Shown here one piece after another: positions 26,383-33,733 of a DNA stretch of 36,522 bases (positions are counted from its first letter, which is position 1; each line of letters begins with the position of its first letter). Made by a program: the position numbers and the translations under genes. The notes beneath the pieces were generated by a model. It searched no databases and was not told the origin of the DNA. It saw only the letters and a list, made by a program, of their open reading frames with translations. Origin of the DNA: Candidatus Bathyarchaeota archaeon (GTDB lineage Archaea; Thermoproteota; Bathyarchaeia; TCS64); assembly GCA_030613835.1 (NCBI GenBank), contig JAUWLH010000002.1, positions 1 to 36,522 of the forward strand, given 5' to 3'.

Positions 26383-27131
26383 ACCTCATCTATTTGACCA
26401 AAGGCCGACTCGGTCCAGAGGACCAGCCTGCCTGGGTGGGCGCCAGGTGCAAGTAGCTCGGCGTTCAGACCCGCCACGCTACATATCTCGACGCCCGGTA
26501 GGTTACGTGCTGCATATCCTATCCCGTTGTCCTCGGAGACTACGATGAGTGGGCCCTTGCCCTTTTTGTGCTTGCGTCCCCTCATCTTGCCCCTTCCAGC
26601 TCTTACCTTCCTCCGGTCGGCGCGTTCAACGTCGTCCTGGACTCCGATGGCTATGAATAGGGCTTCTACGTCCTTGGTTTTTTGTAGGGATTGTATCTCA
26701 TTCGAGACTACTATTGGAAGATGTTCGGACTCGAACTTGTGTCCGCGCTTTTCTACGAGTTCCTTAACAGCTGTCGCTGCGATTCCCGACCTTATAGCGA
26801 ACCTTTTCTCTTTCTTGTTGATCCGCTTAACGATGACTTTCTCAGAACGTGGAGGGAAGGCCGCGTGGCCACCTACTATGCTTACGCCGAAGGCTGCTCT
26901 GCTGCTTCCCTTGAGCCTGGGAACTCGGGCTATGCCGTGGCCTGTTCCGCGGGACTCTGCCGTAGTGTGCTTCCCAGCCATGGGATCCCTGCCCTGGGGC
27001 TGGAACCTTGTGCTTTGAAGCGCAATTACTGCTTTTCTGATTACATCGTGCCTGACAGGTGTACTGAACACCTTTGGTAGTTCTACTTCGCCTGTTTTCT
27101 CGTTCTGGAGATTGATTACTGGTATCTTCAT
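26370..27131 (-). CDS. rpl4: 50S ribosomal protein uL4
   Basis: 253 aa, sequence and operon position. Confidence 0.9.
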   Translation of the reverse strand: MKIPVINLQNEKTGEVELPKVFSTPVRHDVIRKAVIALQSTRFQPQGRDPMAGKHTTAESRGTGHGIARVPRLKGSSRAAFGVSIVGGHAAFPPRSEKVIVKRINKKEKRFAIRSGIAATAVKELVEKRGHKFESEHLPIVVSNEIQSLQKTKDVEALFIAIGVQDDVERADRRKVRAGRGKMRGRKHKKGKGPLIVVSEDNGIGYAARNLPGVEICSVAGLNAELLAPGAHPGRLVLWTESAFGQIDEVWMR

Positions 27132-28138
27132 TGCTGGATACCTCCCTTAGTCCACTCTGTGTGGAGGTACGTGATCTGTGGTGCTTCCTCGGGGTAGTCT
27201 GTATCGCGCACGGTTTTACGTAGCTTGATTAGACGCTTTGCTGACCCAATGATGCTTCCTTTCAATAGGAGGTAATCTCCCTTAATGAAACCATAGTTCT
27301 TAAATCCGGACTTTGGGTTGATGCGATCAGTGTCGCCGTTCATCAGCAGGATTCTTTTATTGAACTCGGTTCTGTTGTGGAAGCCCATCTGACCGGCTCG
27401 CGGTACCTGGGGCATGACGCGCCTAGGTACCCATGGACCGATGGATGCTACCGCTCTTCTTGATTTTCTTGCTTTTCGTGCCAGTATCCTGACCCCCCAT
27501 CTCTTGACCGGCCCTTGGAAGCCCTTGCCCTTCGTGACACCGATGATATCGATGCCCTCGCTGGGACCGAAGACGTCCTTTACTGATACGGTCTTGCCTA
27601 GCAGGCCCTTGGCGTACTCCAGTTGACTCTCCATTGATCCGCCCGATACGGGGATCTCGAAGAGGTCTGGCACCTTCTGTGAGAGGCTTGAGAGTCTCGG
27701 CTGGGTTGCCGCGATGACCCTTATCTCGGCGACCTTGTCGATTTTCTCTTTGATCTCGTTTAGCTTGCTCTCTGGCTGGGGATCTGTGGCGAAGGTTATC
27801 CTTCTGTGCAGGTCTCTAGGCTGGTTCTGCATCCAGGCTTCAGTGATGGCGTGTAGGCCATCATAATCTTTTCTGTATGCCCTGATTGCTACGACCAGCA
27901 TAGGGGGAGTGTCGATTACGGTGGCGGCTGCTTTAACCTCCTGACCGTATTCTGGAACTCGTTGTCTATCTTCGATATAGAACAGGTGGGTCATGCCTGC
28001 CTTGTAGCCTGCGAAGCCGACTAGCTGGGGTTCTCCCTCCAGCTTCGGCCAGTAACTCACTCGGCCTTTTGGGTTCCTCGCGCGTTTGCGCGGAGAGTAG
28101 CCTCGTGAGCCTCGCTTTGGTGATCTTACTCTTGGCAT
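27128..28138 (-). CDS. rpl3: 50S ribosomal protein uL3
   Basis: 336 aa, first gene of the cluster. Confidence 0.95.
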   Translation of the reverse strand: MPRVRSPKRGSRGYSPRKRARNPKGRVSYWPKLEGEPQLVGFAGYKAGMTHLFYIEDRQRVPEYGQEVKAAATVIDTPPMLVVAIRAYRKDYDGLHAITEAWMQNQPRDLHRRITFATDPQPESKLNEIKEKIDKVAEIRVIAATQPRLSSLSQKVPDLFEIPVSGGSMESQLEYAKGLLGKTVSVKDVFGPSEGIDIIGVTKGKGFQGPVKRWGVRILARKARKSRRAVASIGPWVPRRVMPQVPRAGQMGFHNRTEFNKRILLMNGDTDRINPKSGFKNYGFIKGDYLLLKGSIIGSAKRLIKLRKTVRDTDYPEEAPQITYLHTEWTKGGIQQ

Positions 28139-28145
28139 GTGTTGA

Positions 28146-28191
28146 CACTCCTAATTAGAGCTACCAAGAAACAACGGGACTCACTTTTAAA
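28146..28191 (-). promoter_or_regulatory. Candidate promoter and SD for the uL3 operon
   Basis: On the minus strand, TTTAAAAG (28184-28191) lies about 50 nt upstream of the ATG and AGGAGTG (28146-28152) lies 8-14 nt upstream. Confidence 0.45.
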
Positions 28192-28267
28192 GGATTCTCT
28201 AGGTTACTTGCTTTGATTTATAGAGGATATGGACGTCATTTTACGGCTACACTATTGGAGGTTAGCT

Positions 28268-28294
28268 AAAAACGTTGTAGCATGTAACCTACAA
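28268..28294 (-). terminator. Hairpin (TTGTAG-8 nt-CTACAA) followed by T5; candidate terminator of the hflX-nth ORF
   Basis: The minus strand reads TTGTAGGTTACATGCTACAACGTTTTT starting 17 nt after the stop at 28311. Confidence 0.45.
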
Positions 28295-28310
28295 TAAGGG
28301 AAAATTTATT

Positions 28311-30161
28311 TTAGATAGTCGGAGAGATGGGAGCCCTAGTTTGTGATATCTGCATCTTCTCATAGAAGGGACAGATATCATTCATTAGGCACTCCTCGTG
28401 TTTTGGGTTTCTAGCCGTGCAAATCTCCCTTCCGAATTTTATGAGGCTGAGATGTACCTCAAGGAACCTGTCGGGTGTCGCTGCGTCCTGTAACGCTGAC
28501 CTGATGGCTTCGTAGTTGGCGTTCTGTGGCACGAGCTCTAGGCGCTTACTGACACGTTCAATGTGCGTGTCCACGGGGATGACCTTGCGGTCTGCCGCGA
28601 ACATCAAGGATACGTCCGCCGTCTTCGGGCCTACTCCGGGAAGCTCCATGAGCCTGTCCCTCGCCTCGTTGAAAGGAAGGTCGAATAGTGGCTTCAAGTT
28701 GCCGTCGTACTTTTCGATGATTATCCTTGATATCCGTTTGAGTGTTTTGGTTCGCTGGTTGTACATGCCCGCAGACCTGATGGCTTCCCTAATCTCCGAC
28801 TCAGGTGCCTCGTCAATGCGGTAAGGGTTGATACCTATGGCACTGTCAAGGCAGTTGAACACCGTTTCCCTGTTTGAGCCCGATGTGTTCTGGCTCAGGA
28901 TGGTGCTGACGAGGCTCTGGAAAGGATCGTGATACCGCTTCTCGTACGGTACCGGGAACTCAGCGAGTACCCTGTTGACTGTCGTCTCGGCCCTCCTGAA
29001 CGGGGTCAGCTGGACTGGCTCAGGGGGGTTGTCCTTAATGTGCTTAAGACGCTTGGATATGAGGTCCAGCAGCTCAGGGACATTTTCTTTGGTCTCGGCG
29101 GATACGACGATCCATGGGAGCAAGTACGAGTCAAGCTCAAGAGTCTCGCCGATGGTGAGTGCCTTCTCCGGTGCCAGGTCAGACTTGTTGATGACTACGA
29201 TGATCCTGTCCCTTGAGACACCAATGTCCCTGAGTAGCCAAATGCCCTCGTTGAGCTTCATGTCCAGGTTCAGAACCGGGTCAGATAGATCCAGCAGGAG
29301 TATAACCAGATCGCTACTCCTGATGTCCAAGAGGTTCAGCTTGAAGCTCTGGATGAGTCGGGGATCAAGGTCTAGGACGAAACCGATGGTGTCGATGAAG
29401 AGTACTGTCGTCTCCCAGTCAATGAACCGCTTCTGGTACTTGCTACTGAGAGTTGTGAATGGTCGGTTACTGACAGGTTTATTGTCACCGGTTATACGGT
29501 TGAAGAGGTAGGTCTTGCCGGCGTTATAATAGCCGGCGATGCATATCACGGGGTACCCCAGCTTCTTTCGCTGCCATATCCGCTGGGTCTTCTCCTCCAT
29601 GAGCTTGTCGATCTCCTCGTTGATCCTAGCCTGGCTGCGGGTTAGCTCCCTCATCTTGGCGTGGAACCCGTACTCACCGCCGGCCCTGAAGAAGGGGCGG
29701 TCGTACTGGTAGTTCACCGCCGCTTGGAGCTTGTAGAACGGGGCCTGCTTCTCAAGTCTGGCCGACTGGATCTGTAGCTTGCTGAGGGTATCAGATGACA
29801 TCTGGTCGAATATCTCAAGGGTTAACTCGAAACGATCGATTACATCACAGTTGACCGCCTGCATGAGGTTGAGTTTCTGGCTGCTCCTGATGATATTGTA
29901 GAAGATGACAACGTTGGCCTTGAGCCTGCGGACCTTCCGTCTGATATCGCCCACTTTGCCCTTGCCAATGTAGTACTTGGCAAAGGGACGGTAACGGGTC
30001 TGAACGACCTCACCGACCACCTCTATGCCGAGAGACTCGACTAGGGATTTGAGTTCGTCGAGCCTGACCCTGTAGACAACGTGGTCGTGGACGTTTGTCC
30101 TGAGCATGACCAGTATAGCCTTGGTATCCTGACCGTCCATTAACAGTGGTTGGCGCTCCAT
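28311..30161 (-). CDS. Fusion protein: N-terminal HflX-type GTPase (aa 1 to about 390) and C-terminal endonuclease III / HhH-GPD DNA glycosylase domain (aa about 395-616)
   Basis: One uninterrupted 616-aa frame. HflX part: N-terminal domain (YIGKGKVGDI..., DRFELTLEIF...KLQIQSARL), G1 GYYNAGKT, G3 DTIGF, G4 NKSD. EndoIII part: DPFQSLVSTILSQNTS, HhH LPGVGPKTADV with the catalytic Lys, VDTHIERV with the catalytic Asp, and a C-terminal Fe-S-type motif. Confidence 0.8.
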   Translation of the reverse strand: MERQPLLMDGQDTKAILVMLRTNVHDHVVYRVRLDELKSLVESLGIEVVGEVVQTRYRPFAKYYIGKGKVGDIRRKVRRLKANVVIFYNIIRSSQKLNLMQAVNCDVIDRFELTLEIFDQMSSDTLSKLQIQSARLEKQAPFYKLQAAVNYQYDRPFFRAGGEYGFHAKMRELTRSQARINEEIDKLMEEKTQRIWQRKKLGYPVICIAGYYNAGKTYLFNRITGDNKPVSNRPFTTLSSKYQKRFIDWETTVLFIDTIGFVLDLDPRLIQSFKLNLLDIRSSDLVILLLDLSDPVLNLDMKLNEGIWLLRDIGVSRDRIIVVINKSDLAPEKALTIGETLELDSYLLPWIVVSAETKENVPELLDLISKRLKHIKDNPPEPVQLTPFRRAETTVNRVLAEFPVPYEKRYHDPFQSLVSTILSQNTSGSNRETVFNCLDSAIGINPYRIDEAPESEIREAIRSAGMYNQRTKTLKRISRIIIEKYDGNLKPLFDLPFNEARDRLMELPGVGPKTADVSLMFAADRKVIPVDTHIERVSKRLELVPQNANYEAIRSALQDAATPDRFLEVHLSLIKFGREICTARNPKHEECLMNDICPFYEKMQISQTRAPISPTI

Positions 30162-30216
30162 AGAGAACGTAGATTTGAAGGAGTAGGATGATAAAAAGGG
30201 ATTGATATTTGTATAA

Positions 30217-31206
30217 CTAATCAGAGGATGTCAATTTTCGGATGAGATCGACCTCATCTTGCAGGTAGGGCGTACCGTCCCCGTGGAATATCTCATGGAA
30301 CCATAACTCTGGTTCAGTTGATCCCTCCTTTGACCCCCAATGATACTTGGTCTGGGTCTTACCATCAACAAGCCCCCAATTGATGCACCCCACGTTCTCA
30401 CATTTGAAAACGGGTAAGCTCGTCTTGAAAAAGCTCCCGTTGGGCCTCGCCATGTACTCGGTGCAGATCATGGGTCGTCCGTGCTCCTTGAGGCGGTATA
30501 TCTGTTCCTTAAGGTGCGTAGCATCGTGATAATCATGAAACGTGATGATATCTGAGTTTGAGATCTGGAAATCATTGAGTTCGTCATTATCAAACCAGAT
30601 CCCCACAGATATCGGTTGAGAAGGATCCGCATCCCTAGCCCATCGGAATATTTCTTTGAGGAGCCCCATGGATTTCTTTCCAAGATCATTATTTCCAGGC
30701 TCGTTGTACAAATCCCATAGCAGGATGCGATCGTCATCGCCAAAGGCGTTCAGTATTCCCTTCACATAGTCTTCAAGTGGCCCCCAAGTAGAGGGATCGA
30801 GAACCTTGCTTGAGCCTGGACTCTGAACCCAACCCGAGTTATGCACTCCGGGTCTCGGCACGGGCTGCCTCCCGGGTTTGAATGTCGAATTCCAGCAGTC
30901 ATCGAAAAAGACGAACATGGGATTGATACCCTTGCCAGAAGCAATCTCAAGGAAACGATTGATCCGCTCGATGACCCCTGTTGGGTCGTTCTCCCAGAGG
31001 AGGTTATGTAGGTAGACCCTGATAGTGTTGAAGCCTAGATCACCCGCCCATCCGAGCTCACGTTCAATAGTCGCGTTATCAAAAGTATCAGCCTGCCACA
31101 TCTCAAGCTGGTTGATAGCCGTGCTCGGGGTGAAGTTACATCCGACCAGCCACCTGTGCCCGTTGTACCATTCCCAGGCCCTCTCCTGGCTCCATCGATC
31201 ATCCAT
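30217..31206 (-). CDS. Clan GH-A (TIM-barrel, cellulase-like) glycoside hydrolase, probably cytoplasmic
   Basis: 329 aa. Acid/base motif LYNEP and a nucleophile-type CTEY motif at the usual GH-A spacing. No N-terminal signal-like hydrophobic segment. Confidence 0.7.
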   Translation of the reverse strand: MDDRWSQERAWEWYNGHRWLVGCNFTPSTAINQLEMWQADTFDNATIERELGWAGDLGFNTIRVYLHNLLWENDPTGVIERINRFLEIASGKGINPMFVFFDDCWNSTFKPGRQPVPRPGVHNSGWVQSPGSSKVLDPSTWGPLEDYVKGILNAFGDDDRILLWDLYNEPGNNDLGKKSMGLLKEIFRWARDADPSQPISVGIWFDNDELNDFQISNSDIITFHDYHDATHLKEQIYRLKEHGRPMICTEYMARPNGSFFKTSLPVFKCENVGCINWGLVDGKTQTKYHWGSKEGSTEPELWFHEIFHGDGTPYLQDEVDLIRKLTSSD

Positions 31207-31335
31207 GAATAATGGTTAATCTAAAGGATGATAAAATATGTCATTGAGAATCAGCACTCCCCAATCATAAAGTGAACAACCTGAAAACGGGAGAGTGCCA
31301 AAAAAAATAATTGACGCCAAGCGTTTATAAAATTT

Positions 31336-31872
31336 TTACAGGTTATCGTCCCTGATCGATTCAAGCTCTTCCTTTGACATGCCCTCTGTCTCAAGGAACT
31401 CAAGTATCAATTCGGTCTTGGCTCTCCAATAGTCCTCTCGACTCTCGCTTGATTCCGCAAGGCTCATCTTCTGGTCGTTGTATCTCCTGAAGGCTTCGGG
31501 GTTCTCGGTCAGGTGTTTTTTTAGTAGCATGTGATTACAATAAGCGGTTGAGCCAACGACGACAAGGTATAGGTTGTGGGCGTGCTTGTGCTCATAGTCA
31601 AGGCCAAATACCTCCCTTCCAAGAATGCCAAGGTTCCCCTGATGGATATAACCTATCCTGCCAAGCCTGGAGGCTATCGCATCGAGGTCGCCCATGTCAC
31701 TGACAACGATATCCATATCGATGATGGGTTTTGCGCCCATGCCCTCGATGGACGTGCTTCCAACGTGAACGATATCAAGGGCAAGGTCCGAGATCTGGGG
31801 CCATATCTGGTTCCTGATCTCCATGAACCACTCTCTCCACTTTGGGTTGAAGGGCAGAACCTGGACGGACAC
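31336..31872 (-). CDS. GrpB family (nucleotidyltransferase-fold) protein
   Basis: 178 aa. HVGSTSIEGMGAKPIIDMDIVV is the family-typical motif. Confidence 0.75.
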   Translation of the reverse strand: MSVQVLPFNPKWREWFMEIRNQIWPQISDLALDIVHVGSTSIEGMGAKPIIDMDIVVSDMGDLDAIASRLGRIGYIHQGNLGILGREVFGLDYEHKHAHNLYLVVVGSTAYCNHMLLKKHLTENPEAFRRYNDQKMSLAESSESREDYWRAKTELILEFLETEGMSKEELESIRDDNL

Positions 31873-31903
31873 GGGGATTGGTTGTTTTCCCCAGTATTAT
31901 AAG

Positions 31904-32311
31904 CTACTCTTCCATCTTGCTGAGGATGTTATCAAGGTCCTCGATGGCGTATGCCCCTGTGGCGGACATCAACCGGGCAAATTCCCGCCTCAGCCCGTAC
32001 TCCACCTTCGCGCCCTTCCTCTCAAGAATCTGGTTGAAGTGACGGTTTAGCCTGAGGCCCTCCTCATCGAAATCAAGGAGGAGCAGGATTCGCCTGTAAC
32101 AGGATACCAGGTCATCGGCCAAGTCAAAGTCGTTGACGCCGGACCTATTAAGCACCTCGATAGAGCCACGGTACCCTAGGGATCGCAAGGACTGCATGTC
32201 CCTGAACCCCTCAACGACAACCACATCAACGAGTCCAGGTAGCTCCTGCATCAACTGCCCAAGCTCGCGGATCGCGTTCTTTCGGCGGATTTTTGAACGG
32301 TTCATTGTCAT
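31904..32311 (-). CDS. Small stand-alone Toprim domain protein
   Basis: 135 aa. VVVVEGFRD (Toprim Glu) and LLLDFDEEG (DxD-type acidic motif). The ATG overlaps the upstream glycerate kinase TGA as ATGA. Confidence 0.7.
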   Translation of the reverse strand: MTMNRSKIRRKNAIRELGQLMQELPGLVDVVVVEGFRDMQSLRSLGYRGSIEVLNRSGVNDFDLADDLVSCYRRILLLLDFDEEGLRLNRHFNQILERKGAKVEYGLRREFARLMSATGAYAIEDLDNILSKMEE

Positions 32312-33678
32312 CGGACCAGGATGACCGATAGGTCGTTCACGTTTGTCTCCGTTGGACCGGTCATTATCAGGTCGTTCATGGACTCGAAGAAGCTGTAGGA
32401 ATCGTTCCCTTCAAGGAACTTGTCGGGGTTTAGCCCCATCCCCAAAGCCCTAGTGAGGCTCTCGCCATCCACCATGGCACCAGCCGCGTCGGTCGGTCCA
32501 TCTATACCATCAGTTCCGAGAGTGGCGATGATCCCCCTAAGACCGCTCATCTTACGGATCGCGCCCAAGGCAACCTCCTGGTTCCTGCCCCCCTTGCCTT
32601 CACCGTTTACGGTCACAGTTGTCTCTCCTCCGATTATGATCGCGGCTGGTCTAGGCAGTGGTAGCCCCCTTGATTGTTCCTCACGTGCGACACCGGCGAA
32701 CATGCCCCCGACCTGCCTTGCTTCCCCCTCGATGTGGGTGGACAGGATCATGGAGTTGTAGCCGAGCCCCTCGGCGACCTTGGATGCAGCCCTCGCTGCC
32801 ATGTAATTGTTTGCGATCACTAGGTTGCTCACGTTCTCGAAGATAGGATCACCCAGCTTGGGGGTTTCAGGGCACATGCCATTCATGCCGTCGTTGAGCC
32901 TGGAAAGAACGCTCTCGGGGATATCATCGATGAGACCGTACTTTGTTACCACATCCCTGGCGTCCATGAAGGTGGACTCATCGGGCGACGTGGGACCTGA
33001 CGCAATGGTATCGATAGGATCCCCGATCACATCGGACAGTAATAGGTTGATCATCATTGCCGGGTAGACATGCCTAGCAAACTGCCCGCCCTTGAACCCG
33101 CTTATGTGCTTCCTTACGGAGTTCAGCTCATTGATAGTGGCCCCTGCCATGAGGAGAAAGCTAGTCAACTTCCGCATGTCCTCAAGGGAAATTCCTGGAG
33201 CAGGGTATGGCATTAGGGCCGATCCTCCGCCAGATATCAGGGTGATGACCAGATCACGTTTGGTCAGCCCGTTTGTGAGGTCAAGCATCCTGTCAACTCC
33301 CTTTACCCCCTCATGGTCAGGGATGGGGTGAGAAGCCCCCCTCAAAGTAATACGCCCCAACTTGGAGCCCTCGGTTCCCTTCAGGACATTGATATGACCT
33401 GAGGTAATTTGTTTTCCAAGAAGACCCTCCACCGCCTTGGCCATCATACCCCCTGCCTTGCCGCCTCCCACAACGATGATCTTCTTTGTCTTGGAGAGAT
33501 CAACCAAGCCTCCCTCATAGGAGAGAACGTCCCCCTCAAGGGAAAGGGCGTTCAGCACGACCTCAATTGGATCAACGGCCCTCAACGCGCCTTCCAGTAT
33601 AACACAGGCATCGTGTCTGAGTCTCTGTAAAACCTCGTCCTCGGAGTTCCCTATCAAACTGTCCTTGTTCTTGATCAA
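32308..33678 (-). CDS. Glycerate 2-kinase (MOFRL family)
   Basis: 456 aa. Resembles the archaeal MOFRL-type glycerate 2-kinase / putative hydroxypyruvate reductase family throughout (VVGGGKAGGMM..., C-terminal GTDGIDGPTDAAGA). Confidence 0.8.
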   Translation of the reverse strand: MIKNKDSLIGNSEDEVLQRLRHDACVILEGALRAVDPIEVVLNALSLEGDVLSYEGGLVDLSKTKKIIVVGGGKAGGMMAKAVEGLLGKQITSGHINVLKGTEGSKLGRITLRGASHPIPDHEGVKGVDRMLDLTNGLTKRDLVITLISGGGSALMPYPAPGISLEDMRKLTSFLLMAGATINELNSVRKHISGFKGGQFARHVYPAMMINLLLSDVIGDPIDTIASGPTSPDESTFMDARDVVTKYGLIDDIPESVLSRLNDGMNGMCPETPKLGDPIFENVSNLVIANNYMAARAASKVAEGLGYNSMILSTHIEGEARQVGGMFAGVAREEQSRGLPLPRPAAIIIGGETTVTVNGEGKGGRNQEVALGAIRKMSGLRGIIATLGTDGIDGPTDAAGAMVDGESLTRALGMGLNPDKFLEGNDSYSFFESMNDLIMTGPTETNVNDLSVILVR

Positions 33679-33733
33679 TGAAGCTCACTAATCACTAGGA
33701 GAAAGAGTAATACAAAAGGGGATAAAAAGGGAG

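Noticed and set aside
25697-27080. Several 100-180-aa plus-strand ORFs (25697-26230, 26527-27018, 26691-27080)
   Set aside because: All are antisense to the highly conserved uL2, uL23 and uL4 genes. They are typical shadow ORFs in GC-balanced coding DNA.
28975-29511. 178-aa plus-strand ORF inside the hflX-nth gene
   Set aside because: It is antisense to conserved GTPase motifs and has Ser/Leu/Arg-rich shadow-frame composition.
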